A stretch of 64,000 nt of DNA from the NCBI GenBank assembly GCA_002633005.1, contig NMRA01000317.1, forward strand, positions 450,614 through 514,613, written 5' to 3'. Below are positions 52,222 to 64,000 of this stretch, in pieces. The translations under genes were made by a program, and so were the position numbers. The notes under the pieces are model-generated. The model made no database searches, had not been told where the DNA came from, and saw only the letters and a program-made list of their open reading frames with translations. This DNA comes from Phoronis australis. Lineage: Eukaryota; Animalia; Phoronida. Positions within the stretch are counted from its first letter, which is position 1. Each line of letters starts with the position of its first letter.

Positions 52222-53313
52222 CTAAGCCAAACGATACAACACACTCGGATCATGATCAGCTAATATAACTTTAAACGTTTTATACAAATAGACTAGTGTA
52301 CTTCTACGTTTTCTTCTTAATCTGTTAAAGCTCAATTTCGCCGTATTATATTTTATTCCATGCGCGTTGAATCAGTTGAGGGGAAATACGGCCATGCAAT
52401 AATATTTTGCGTATTCACCTCCCGCACTACTTCAACAGGGGCCTCTGACACAGAAAGTTCAAAAGGTAGGTCAATGTGCCCTTTACGTCGATAGCTGGTT
52501 CAATCATCAAACTTTCGGAAAAAAGTTAAAGCAATGCATTTGCAACAGTGTGAGTAACACTCAACATGGACTCAGATCTCAATCATAACATCCGGAACAG
52601 GACTGCTAATTAAATGACAGTTCTATCTCAGTTTTCAATTGCTAAATAGGTCGTCTACAACTCAGGCGCCGATTCCTCAGTAACTACAATTTGAAATATT
52701 GTTGTTATTTAACTATTTTCAGGAGATGTTACAAGTCCAATGCACAGTTACCGTTGTTTTTATCTTTGTTATCTCTTTTCAAGTAATAAAACGTTACATT
52801 TAAAACTGTTTTTTACTGGAGAAAACTTGCAACCTATCGCGCAAGTACATACATATAGGATGTGATCCGCCACGTGAACAATCCGAGTGATGTGGCGAAA
52901 AAATGAAAGAAACTTAGGAATCTGATGCGTATGGGATAAATACAAAACGTACCTCGATTGGCGTAGATGAAGTAATATCTCACTCGACATGATTTGGCGT
53001 ATCGACTTCGATACGCGGGATATTACTTCATCAACGCCATTCTCGGTACGTTTTGTGCATTACTAGTTGGTTAGAATTAGACTGGCCTCATTGCATTCTT
53101 CACCGTGACAGTATTCTATTTTTATTACCAATAAGAACATTGAAAACGCCAGCGTCTCAAGAAAATGATTCAGAGTTTATTGGGGTGGCTAATCCTAAAC
53201 TGAGGATTCGAAAATGGCGGTTGTACCCATTGCCTGTGACTTGAGTTCATTCGGCAACCGTAATCGAATGAGTTTCGCATTGTTTTCAAATCCCAGTTAA
53301 ACATCGGTCTTAA

Positions 53314-54998
53314 AGGAACATGCCACCCAAAAAACAACCTAATTCGTATCAATTTAGATCGAGTAGCTCTACTCCATAACGACACGTACGGTTGCGTTAC
53401 CTGACACCTCACGGGAGACGGAAATATCCAATGACGTCATCGGTTTCACACGCAGTGTGTTCAGCACTGAGTTCACAACACGGGTTACTGGTGTCAGCTT
53501 ATCGCTTGAAGTCATCGTTTAACACCAATAAATCATCAAACTAAGATGTAAAACCCTTAAAAATACACCGAGTTCTTATAAAAACGTGTTGTTTTATTTC
53601 GCTCTTACGGATTTATTGGTATTTGGACACATCGTAGCCTACAAAGTTCGGCAGACCAATAAGGTCCGTAGCAAGAGTTTGGCATAGGGTCTGTTCGGAG
53701 ATAATTTCGAAGTAGTTTCCGTGAGATACAGACAGGAGAACCTAGATCTGTGTTGTTTAGACTTGTGATTTTTTGAGTTCTAAACACAAAACGCTTGTTA
53801 GCCTGGCCAGTGGCTCGGAGCCCGATCAGGCCCGTCGCGGCCAGCCGGAGTGACTCCCCGCCAGTGGCTCGGAAACTGATCAGACATCATGAACATAAAG
53901 CAGCTAAAGTTCAGTGGAAACTTAACTTCCAGTCAAAAATACTATACTAGTGAGCCAAAGTAATGTGCTCCTGATTATGTTGGTGAATTAGCCACGAAAC
54001 TGCAACTCTACTTACTCGCGTCGGGGGCCGCGAATTCTGGTCAGTTCCGCTTTGGCCACAGCACCGTCAGGGCAGAAGTTGTACATTGACAACCATTATT
54101 TGAGTAATGTAAATGTAAATAAAGATTTCCCCTAACACCTGGCCATGGGAATGGAATCGAGTTGTTTCACAACAGTTTCTGCCAGCAAACACTAAATTAG
54201 CATGAGCTCACACGGCCTAGGTGTCCCGTCAATTAGTTTTATTGCACCCGAAGCCGGTAACGCAGTGATTTATTCATTGCTGGCTTCTCAAATCATTTGC
54301 ACACACGAACACACCAAAGTTATTACAAATTGCATCTAATGAGACAGACTTTATTTCAGTTTTATATAATTAAGTATTGGTTAGGGTGATAATAACTCAT
54401 TTTGAAACAGAACGCTCAGTAATAAACGTCAACATTTAAACTCGCAATCCCGACTTAGGACGAGCTAGAGCTCATCAGTCCCGACTTTGGATCGTTAAGT
54501 TTTACAGGCTATCAATTCGAACAGGAATACAGTGATGAAGAAATACTAGAGAGGCGCCGTGAAAAAGCTCAGACAACGGAACGTATGGAGTTATTTGGTA
54601 AGCCAGCATTCGTCAGGCACTGTCGACGTCTGCAGGCCACAGACACGGAGATGTTTCACGGCCTCACACTTGCTATTTACAGCGTACATTTCATTCTTCA
54701 CTACCATGAGCCATTTCCTAAGCATTTCGGACTCTCGAGGAAGTAAAGTAAAAAAAAAAAAACGACATACCCGCTTTCCTCGCAGCTGCTTAGCTCGGAC
54801 AAGCGGGAACGATGCATCGCAACATAGCGGCATCCACTCTGCATATGAACCACTGACGTCGCTAGCGTCGTTTCTCACCTTCCTCACAGGTTAACGCGAC
54901 ACCTCTTGGCAAGGTAAGCTCGACCGTACGCGAGGCGATGTGGATATAGACCGATTAAGACGGCAAAAAAGACTAATTAAATCGGGTGGCATTCTGCT
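53314..54998 (+). mobile_element. Kolobok-like non-autonomous element, copy 2 (dioxygenase intron 7)
   Basis: ttaa|aggaacatgccaccc ... cgggtggcattctgct|ttaa; diverged but colinear with copy 1. Confidence 0.85.
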
Positions 54999-55094
54999 TT
55001 AAGCAATGCTCTCCGGTACATGAACACAAATGTACTAACATACTATTACACGATCCTGGTTTAGTAGTATCTTGGATAAAAAAAACATGCGTAC

Positions 55095-55208
55095 CGTTGA
55101 AAGCAATCGATCCGAAGTCCAGCGCTCAAGCAAACGGCCGACATTGACGACACAAGTTCCCTCAATGGGAGGTACGGAGATCCATTTGTCAGCTTCCCGA
55201 TCGTAAAT
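55095..55208 (-). CDS. 2OG-Fe(II) dioxygenase exon 7
   Basis: gtaatttag|ATT...ACG|gtacgc; phase 0 to 0; IYDREADKWISVPPIEGTCVVNVGRLLERWTSDRLLST. Confidence 0.94.
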
Positions 55209-55809
55209 CTAAATTACAAAAGGATTGTTTTTGACTTTTGCTGACACATGACGATATTAACAACCCGTATGGAATTCTAAGCCTGTCAGTTGTTAACGCA
55301 CACGCGTTGTACAAAGCCAAATCGTACCAATGTAAATAGGCTTGAGGATGGTGTAAACAGACCAATAGATTTTGGAAATGATGTTAACATTCATCTTCGC
55401 AGCACATTAACATGTTACAAAATAGATTAGCGCGTTAACGAACCAAGTCTACACGCGTTAACGTGTAAAATCCGTACGTGTTAAGAACTGACTTAATATT
55501 CCGGGTTGGGTTGTATAAAACTTCAAAACTTATTTGCCGGAGAAGTTGCATGACGTCAAGTGCGTCATTCAACAAAATCAACGTGACGCGTAACAATATA
55601 TTGTTGCTAACTAGAGTATTACTTTTATGCAAGTGTTCTTGGTTGGTATCATCTAAACTTCGTAACCTACAGATTGACTTACAATTTTAGAAACTGCATA
55701 CTGCTATCTCAAACCAAACTACATCTGTGCAAGAAAAGCGAAATAAATATTCCCAGTCATTGTTTCCTCACGTAAACTTTGGACTGCAAACAAGACAAGC
55801 CATATTTAC

Positions 55810-55889
55810 CTCCAACCCAGGTCCGTTTTGAAACAAAAACGTTATTATTCCATAGTCAGAATGTTTTCCAAATCTTACTTCTGATTTAC
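55810..55889 (-). CDS. 2OG-Fe(II) dioxygenase exon 6 (HxD iron ligands)
   Basis: gatttttag|GT...GAG|gtaaat; phase 1 to 0; (G)KSEVRFGKHSDYGIITFLFQNGPGLE. Confidence 0.95.
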
Positions 55890-56300
55890 CTAAAAATCAC
55901 GAAATATTATATTACAGAATGTGCAAATGAAACTAACAAATACAAAACATGGACTCAAAAACTGGCCTGGCTTTATAAAAAAGTCGACAACCCCCTGACT
56001 GGATTTTCGTCTTTCATGCAGAGCATAATATTGGGATCACGTTAAAATACTGACATAACATGAACAGTGTAACTCTTTCTGCAAAAGCAAAATTTGAGGT
56101 ACTCAAAATCCAGAATTTTTTTGCCAGATGTGCTTCTGTTAAAGCGGCTATAACTCAAAGACAAGTCCGGTGACCCCATATCTGTAAAGATTTGTAGTAA
56201 GCAAAGATCGAAATACAAAATATCAAAAATTTAATAATTGCTTATGACCGAAGGCAGTTCACAGCAGCTCGTTTGCCTTTGCTTATCTCATTAGACTTAC

Positions 56301-56388
56301 CGTGGACTGGAGGATACCAGTTGGCTCTGAGGCAATAATAACTATCTATTGCATCAGGACGTCCCAGGTGCTTTGAGAAAAAGTCACG
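56301..56388 (-). CDS. 2OG-Fe(II) dioxygenase exon 5
   Basis: ttccctttccag|CGT...CACG|gtaagt; phase 0 to 1; RDFFSKHLGRPDAIDSYYCLRANWYPPVH (LRxNxYPP motif). Confidence 0.93.
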
Positions 56389-57411
56389 CTGGAAAGGGAA
56401 AGACGTAACGGGAAAAAATAAAATACATATCGTCACAGTTAAACATTTATTCCCAAATAATGCTCTCTCAGTACGACGCGAAGCTGTTCAAGATAATATG
56501 AATCAAGTATGGATTATGTTTTTTATTTTAAATTTTGGTGGTGCTCTAACAAAATGCCTACCACCAATGAGTGACACTGGACTTCGTTTTTTTTAAGACA
56601 ATTCAACAAAAAATGCAAATACATACAGATTCGCCATTTACAAAATGCTTCTGTTTTAGTAACATCTTTCGATTGGCCACACTGAATCTACGTTCCAGAC
56701 TGGTAAAAAAAAACAGAAAGTGCATCTTAGTCATGGATACTGGATCTCTGGCTAACACCGACATAATTGATTTCACGAAAGCCTTCAGTATCGTTTCTCA
56801 CGGCCTATATACAGCACATACACCTGCGCCAGATTAAGTCATTATACATTGGGGCTCATCAGTATCTCAGCGACGTCAATAGATGTTGAGTATTTTCACT
56901 GAAATGAGGGGTGGGCCTAAAGAATAATCGATGTATGGATTATTGTAACGTTGGTTTGTACGGAGCAGAACTGATGGCACAAATACATTTCTTTATTAGG
57001 GTTGACTTATATGGGCTATGAAAAGAGATATCGGTCAGTATGCCTTGCCAGATATCTACTGCGTTGCAGCACACTACAAACAGACGAGACAACCAAAAAA
57101 TGTCCTCACAGATAACGTCACGCGCCCCACCCATAACCGAAAACGTGAACTGGTATGTAACTCATTGGTTGTGTATGAAAAAACATTCAACATCATGTAT
57201 CCGCCAGTAAAATAATTTTATGCAGCTAATAGTTTCAATTTTGTATAAAAATAACATTGTACTCAAAAGGGAAACCTCAACTTCTTTACCACTCTAGAAA
57301 AACCGTTGAAACTGAACCCAACAAGACATTTGGGGTGATAGGCGTACAAACAAGGTAACTAGTTGGGCATGTCCATTTTGGTCCCTCTGGTTTTATGTTG
57401 TAAAGAAATAC

Positions 57412-57531
57412 CTCTAATTCCAATCCTAAGGCCAAGACACCTAAGAACCGTTTGGTGAATTCAGCTCCACGATAAAATAACTCATTCATGTTTGACCTGA
57501 AGCCGGGCACGTCTTCTTCAGATGGTGTGAC
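57412..57531 (-). CDS. 2OG-Fe(II) dioxygenase exon 4
   Basis: ctaacgctgcag|GTC...GAG|gtattt; phase 0 to 0; VTPSEEDVPGFRSNMNELFYRGAEFTKRFLGVLALGLELE. Confidence 0.9.
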
Positions 57532-57603
57532 CTGCAGCGTTAGATGATCGGTGTTCAGGAGTTTTTAGGCCAGTTGAATATAACAACGAGCAACAGTGGA
57601 CAC

Positions 57604-57756
57604 CAGGGTCGGATTCAGGATTTTGAGTTGGGGGGGCAGGCCATAGTATTAGTCAGGATTTTGCCCGCCAGACATTCGCACCCCCGAACTGCCAAATGGA
57701 ATCTGGGAGAATTTTAGGGGGGCATGGTCTCCTTGTCCCACCTAAATCCGCCACTG
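57604..57756 (+). mobile_element. ~150-bp CAG...CTG MITE family, full copy
   Basis: cagggtcggatt ... aaatccgccactg; flanks gacac/gacac. Confidence 0.87.
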
Positions 57757-58370
57757 GACACAGCCAAATTGTTTTTATTGATAAGAAAACTGTTTGCATA
57801 CTCTTATACATGTCATGCATTTCATTTAATGCATAAAACGTAGAAAGCAGATTGCTCGAGATTTGACGAGAAGTCTATCGTAACCGAGACCAAACACAGT
57901 ACGTACAAAACGCTTAAAATTGATACAACTTTATATTTTTGATAGAAATGTTGCGCATAAAAAGCATTTTATGATTTTTATTCAAGGCTCAGAGATCAGA
58001 AAAAGTCAATTATTTCGCCCAAGCCCACACGTGATGACCTATCCAAGCAAGAGACGCCCACTCTCTAGTTCGGAACAGAAAAATCACCCGACAACGTGCG
58101 AGTGGCGCACACGTAGACAGGTCATTGACTGCGCCCACAAGAACCAATTGAGTGGAGAGAGCTACTTCATACACAGGTTTTATTATCTGATATGAGTGAG
58201 ATAATGCAAGCCAGTGTTCACTTACAGTGAATTGTCTATCGTTATCGCAAGGGTTAATCTGGTAAGCGAAGTAGATATGTAGATACTGTTTTTACTGCGA
58301 GTACAAGCGAATAAACAGGTTGAATTGTACAACGACACGAGAGCTGCCACATGAAAACTAGATAGCGTAT

Positions 58371-58507
58371 CAGTGACAGATGGCAAGGGGGCCCCTAAAA
58401 TTCTCCCACATTCCATTTTGCAGTTCGGGGTGCGAAAGTCTGATCGTTAAAATCTTGGCTAATACTGTGCTCTACCCCCCTAACTCAAAATCCTGGATCC
58501 GCCCCTA
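58371..58507 (-). mobile_element. ~150-bp CAG...CTG MITE family, inverted copy
   Basis: Reverse complement of the same consensus; flanks cgtat/cgcat. Confidence 0.8.
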
Positions 58508-58951
58508 CGCATGATGTGGTTTATGATAACTGAAGTTTTTGCTATATCGCCAGCACAACATTTTGTCACGTGATATGAGCTAGGTCTTGTTTTTTCACAC
58601 ATCAAAACATTGATTGTTCACGTTTCATTAATTTTTACAACTTGTCGGTTTGAGATATTTAGACACAAAACATTGTAACCCGTGAAACGTAATCGCAAAA
58701 TACGACTAAACTGTCATGAAAACTTATAGATCGGAGTCATTACACATTTCTTAACTGCCGATATCGTTTAAAACCTGTTTAAGGAATTTGAAATAGGATT
58801 AATTGAATAAAACTTCTCGTATACATCGCACCATTGCTTTCTGTGTTTCTATGTGCATTTGTATAGTTGAAACGAATCAGGCAATCAATAACTACAAGAA
58901 AGAGTGACAGGTTATGCACAATGACTAGGAATAAGGTGCCCACGTGCTTAC

Positions 58952-59039
58952 CCCCTCCGTTACATCTTCTCCATCAGGTGATTTTTGAATGTTATATATA
59001 TAACTTTCTTTGTCATCAAATGGCTTGGATAAATCAACG
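58952..59039 (-). CDS. 2OG-Fe(II) dioxygenase exon 3
   Basis: ctttcttccag|C...GGG|gtaagc; phase 2 to 0, exactly bridging exons 2 and 4; (D)VDLSKPFDDKESYIYNIQKSPDGEDVTEG (DxKE motif). Confidence 0.87.
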
Positions 59040-59217
59040 CTGGAAGAAAGAATTCGTGTTCAATGACACATGCACCTTTAAAGGAATGAAAAAATAACCA
59101 TATAAATGACATTCCCAGCTTCTTTGAATTCATTATAGCTGACTCACATTATTAAAAAGGCGATAGACAACAAAATATTGTAAAACCTTTAATACTGATT
59201 ATTAATTTAAGTTTCCA

Positions 59218-59540
59218 TTTATTAAAGAGCATCCACGTGGATTTAATACGAAGTATTCCATCCGTGTGCGTCTACACATCACGCCAATAGACCCACGTAC
59301 AGGTCTCTATGCGTTTGTATACTGTACGTACAGTTTAGGTTTGCATATCCCACCAGTGGACCTACATGTAGGTCTCTAACCGCTGTATACTGTTCTTACT
59401 GTCCAGAGGTATACATATCACGCCAATAGACCAGCGCATGGATCCAGTTCGCTTTTGTAGGGTACTGTTCGTACTATTTACAAGTTATTCTGCCAATAGA
59501 ACTTTTGACATCGGTTTTTAGGGGTCTTTGTACTGCTCAA
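59218..59540. repeat. Degenerate ~70-bp minisatellite, about four units (dioxygenase intron 2)
   Basis: Recurring atcacgccaatagacc ... gtatactgt blocks. Confidence 0.7.
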
Positions 59541-60017
59541 CTCGTTTACGTCACGTTGGACTTTATGTACGTAAATTAAAATGCTTATTACGCAAATCTA
59601 ACTGCCCCTGGTCTAAGTTTGTGTTTGCTATTCAGAGATCCAGGTCCAATCTTTGTATTCGAAATCGAATTTGATCTAATTGTTGTCATTTTCTTTTCCT
59701 CTTCTGTGAGAGCTCAAAAGATAAGAGTCAATTACTCTATGATCGAGTACATTATGCTTAATGCATAAAATCACACTTGATGACCCCTAGATTCGAGCCA
59801 CAAACTCGAGATTTCGATTAAAAACTCGAAATTTCAAGTTCACACTCAAAATGTTTCAAAAACAAGACTCCGGGGCGAGTAGAAAATACGTAATGCCGCC
59901 CTAACGTCAATGTTAAAATCAAGAACAACAAACTGTACGCAAATTCAGTAAAGACACTTTAAAATATAAGCCACGAAACAAAACAATTTGCATGTTCAGC
60001 GTTCTTGAAGGACTTAC

Positions 60018-60133
60018 TCCTCTTGATCGGGTGCCACCCAGCCGTGCACAAGACCGCTTTCGTATGCATATTTTCTCTTCGTTTCCGTTGTTTGTTCGAA
60101 GAAGCGCTTGGTCGAGTCAAAGCAATTCTGGAT
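60018..60133 (-). CDS. 2OG-Fe(II) dioxygenase exon 2
   Basis: ttttacgtag|ATC...GA|gtaagt; phase 0 to 2; IQNCFDSTKRFFEQTTETKRKYAYESGLVHGWVAPDQE (RFF...K..Y...HGW family pattern). Confidence 0.92.
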
Positions 60134-61070
60134 CTACGTAAAAAAGTTTATGTTCAATATACCTCCCGTAAATTGCTACTCGAGTTCTGTTTCCAGAGAC
60201 AAAAAGTATCCTAGATGTAGACGTAATAGGTCAGTTATTATGACGATGTACAGTATGACAAATATAAAGTACATATACGTAAAATGTAATATCCAAACAG
60301 TCTTTCCTATCACAAATAAATATCAGATACGTTCTGACATCCGAAGATTATTTCACCCGCCATTACTCAGAGAGGATGCAAAACCTATCCGTTTGTGAAG
60401 AATTTCGTTTTTAAAGTGATACGTTGTCATGGAATATTGTTCCCGTAACATAACCCTGTAATAGGAGTAATTTCGATGAATCTCACCCAATCGACGAAAT
60501 GAACCGTTTTGCAGGTAATTTAATCAAAAAAGGGTTCTGTGTTGCTCAAACGTTGTGTGTGAGTTGACCTACCCTTGGGTTAACAGGGTAACGAAAACGA
60601 CTTTGAGGACACCTTTTGTCTATTATTTCTAATCAGTCAGTGCCAATGATTGCCACGTTTCGACGAGACGACGGTTATGAAAAAGGGCAACACCGTATTG
60701 TCAATCATGTTTGGGTCCAGTCGTGATACTCGTTGGTAAACTTTGACTCTAAATATGCAAAAAGAACTCACTAACCAGATTTTCGAAAATTATCGAAATT
60801 ATCGTAAAATTAATTCATTGCAGCGTATGGTAAAATATTTCTTCATATTACCAGCAAAAATAACAACACGAACTTTTTCAAACCCGCAGCCACTATCGTG
60901 AGTTGAGACCAAATAAAATATGACTTGATCAGGGAATGATTAAAACACAAATTTCGTCGTTTTAGAGCGCAAGCACAATTTCAAAATAATGTTTGTTGTC
61001 TCTCCAAACGAGGCTGCATGCAAGACCATTTAAAAACAACGCAAATTACTACCACGCAATCACAACTCAC

Positions 61071-61232
61071 CAGCTGCTGTGGGATTCCATGATTTACGAT
61101 ATACATTGTCGTCGTAGTTTCCAGCGCAATGCGCACCTTGTGTGCAACATCTTTGAGTTCCACGTCAGACACTGAATTCTGGTCCTGGACATCAAGACCG
61201 TATGGAGTAAAATCGACAGTTGCTAACGCCAT
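61071..61232 (-). CDS. IPNS-like 2OG-Fe(II) dioxygenase, coding exon 1 (DIOX_N region)
   Basis: gaacATGG start context; MALATVDFTPYGLDVQDQNSVSDVELKDVAHKVRIALETTTTMYIVNHGIPQQL; donor gtgagt; VDF and YxxNHGI motifs. Confidence 0.92.
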
Positions 61233-62372
61233 GTTCGTTTCTCAGTTTTGAAGGTTGTGTGTTAGCTGAGGTCAAAAAAAAAAAAGAAAAGTAATCACTG
61301 TTATCGCGAAAAACCAGGTTAACAACTAGGGTACCAGACAAAAGCTAGTACCCAGGGTTGAAAGTTAGACTGGTGTGTTTTTGATTGCACAGAAACTGGT
61401 TCCATAAGGGGACGCATTGTTAGAATAGATCCTAGGGGAGCAAACGAAGTGTTGCACGCAGCGATATATTCAATCACTACAGTCCTTTCTAAGGCAACCC
61501 TAGCCTACTTTTGCTACACGAGCCTTTCTATGTTTAACGGCACTTCTCGTCTTCCCGGTGAGTGGTTCTCCGCGCCGTTTGTGAAAAACAGTTTCTATAC
61601 GGCCGTCTGTAGAAGTTGGTTACAATAGATTAGATAATTTTGCTCACATCATTGTCTATCCAATGCATCTTGACGAGTAATGATTGGGAATTAGCTTTAG
61701 CAAAACAGCGCGTACGAGTGGGTGTACGAGTACTGAACACGAATCGTGTTATGACTTGACTGATGCTGGGCAGTCGACCGATGAACATTCGAGACAGGCC
61801 CATTTGCCCGAGACACCCGGAACACCTCATGTGAACCGATATAGAGCAAGTCGTGTTATTTTCAAGCAGGTTAATGATTGGCCGCACAAGTGAAGTTCGC
61901 GCATGCGCAACCAACGTTCCCCGCTCAGGAGAAATTTGGGCAACGCAAATAAGCGACGTGTTCCAAATGGTCCCGCGGTGGTCATGATGGAACTTTACAT
62001 TGTCCGTAAATTTACATTTCGATGATGCAGTCCGCAACAAAAACAGGGAAATAACTGTTTATAAACATACACTCCGATGTGCACATCTTTTTCCGAGACA
62101 TCTGTGGTGTGATTGCAACATTATCGTGCAACCCGACACACGTAACTTAGAAACGGATAAATAGTTAAGACAAGATTCTAATGTTCGAGACGTAATCGTT
62201 GTAATCTATAAAGTTTCAACGAAACATCTGTTCACGTTGCATGAGTGGAAATACATTTGGAACATTCTCAAATATAACTCAAACAAGTACATGTAGTTCC
62301 AAAGTTCGCTTGTATTTGACACAATCTTTCGTAATGCCTATTCAGAAGAGTTTAAGATGCCGTGTAATCGAA

Positions 62373-63929
62373 AGCAACTGCGACGGGTGGTGTCTTTCAG
62401 AAGTCGAGCGATCGTGTTAGCAAGTCAAATCGTCCATCCTATAAGCGGAAAAGCAGACGATCAGAAAGTTGCGGGAAGACGGACTCCTCTTCTCCAATGT
62501 TGTTTGATAAGAGAATGGAAAGGTCACCTGCTACTTTAGGTTAAAGAGCACGGTGGAAACGAAAGGCAAATGCTATTAAGTGACATTATCATGTAAATAT
62601 AACTGATTGCTGGTACCCTGCCCTCTAAGCCACCGCAAGTTCAAGTGTGTAATCTGGCATGACGTGGCAGAAAGCTTCCACGCGTTGTCCGTTATAAAAA
62701 TATATGAACCACTATATAGGCTGGATGAAGAAGAAAAGGAACGTATGAAGCAACATTCACACATGCTGTGCTGGCCATGAGTTAGATTTAAACACGACCC
62801 ATTATTTCGATTTTTGCTTAAGGTGGCACTCAACTGTTTTGCTGGTTTTATGTGTGGTACCCAGGTCAACAAATCTGTACATCTTTGTTCCAAAAGGTGT
62901 ACAGTACTTAACCCTGAAAATGCGAACAGTATTCTGGGCCAAAACCATTGCCCTAAGTACAGTTTAACTGATTCCAGAGAGAATTTGTACACCTTTTGCG
63001 ACTACCTCAAGTACAGTTGTTACTTAAGAAAAAGTGAAAAATACACCAAATCAAGAGTTTTCAACCCAAAGCCACCATTCACGTAGAGAGATTGTGCATT
63101 CAGAAAGCTGGGTGTCGTCCAGAAAGATTTTTCACAAATCCGAAGCGTAAGCGTATCCTGAATTTCCTGCTTAATGTCAACTTCCGGCTTGCATGAACTA
63201 CACGATTGTACGAAATTGTTAAAACAAAGCCACGGTTGGGCATAAAATGGGCCAAAGAGCCAGTAACTAGCATTCTTTCGATCAGAACAAAACTCAAAGA
63301 TCAAGCAAACGCCATTTGTAGCATTCGCACGTAGTACAAAACTCAAAATGCCCAGCCAACCCAGCAATCGCCATTGGAAGTGACTCAAAACAACAACTGC
63401 AACTATTAGTGAGTGCACACATGAAGTGAAATTCCGCGACACAACCCGTTGCTAACCTTGAGTGACATTCATGTCGCAACTCTCACGCCTGCTGTTTGAA
63501 TAATTAGTTCCGAGTTAACATGTCTGTGACGGCACTTTGTCGAGCTACAGCGAGTGGTATTTTTGATTAACTAAATTGTGTCAAACATATTTTACCTTGA
63601 TTCTAACTTGCGAATGTTTGGGCCTCCAAACGGGATTTGCTTTAATACATGCTGTAAGTGCATTGAAAATGTCAGCTGCTGTGCTCGAATTCAAACCCCA
63701 TTACATTTTTGAGCCTGGATTTAATCTTGAAAACGACGCTATTTGGTCAATTTCTTACCATACCAAGGTAGAATCTGATTTGTATGCGTTTTTCAACATA
63801 TCAAATTGTCCTTTATTTTTCTTATTTTCAATAATTTTCGACTCAATGAGGCTAATTATAATTACATGCTCATTCTTTTTGAGACAACTTTTATTGAATA
63901 CGACGTCCCATTTGTTTTAATGGGCTTAA
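62373..63929 (+). pseudogene. Duplicated, non-functional copy of the GPCR tail-B 3' coding part and downstream region
   Basis: Colinear high-identity match to 46226-47819; lacks the acceptor and helix 8; 1-nt deletion (ttcaataag to ttcagaag) shifts the frame; several small indels. Confidence 0.88.
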
Positions 63930-64000
63930 AGTCATATGATCCGTTTGTAGACGTTTTAAAAACATCGTGAATCTGCATAAAAACCATTGAAACATACTCT

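Noticed and set aside
56730-56810. IDFTKAFSIVSHGL as an extra dioxygenase exon
   Set aside because: Wrong strand, and it resembles a tiny LINE RT relic; the gene model is complete without it

Overview
AT-rich, repeat-dense genomic DNA from an invertebrate animal (spliceosomal introns, microsatellites, MITEs, two N gaps). Most ORFs in the supplied track are noise. Two real intron-containing genes lie convergently. (1) On the + strand is the 3' two-thirds (end of TM3 to C-tail) of a rhodopsin-class neuropeptide GPCR of the GnRH/AKH/ACP receptor clade, with exons 896-1001, 27270-27474, 30309-30458, 37466-37529 and 39147-39235, then two tandem, same-phase alternative terminal exons (45971-46113 and 46136-46407) encoding different helix-8/C-tails. 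Its TM6 reads SFTPYF where the family has CWTPYY. (2) On the - strand is a complete 8-exon, 313-aa IPNS-like 2-oxoglutarate/Fe(II) dioxygenase (61232 to 52048) with HSD...H triad and RxS motif, ending in Phe-His-Tyr-stop. The dioxygenase is bracketed by a ~1.6-kb direct repeat of the receptor tail/3' region (46226-47819 and 62373-63929), which looks like the junction of a ~16-kb tandem duplication. Introns contain TTAA-flanked Kolobok-like elements, a deleted Gypsy-like LTR element with unusual CG termini, CR1/L2 LINE fragments, several MITE families and a palindromic element carrying two outward-facing tRNA-like heads. All models were read by eye; no database searches were possible.
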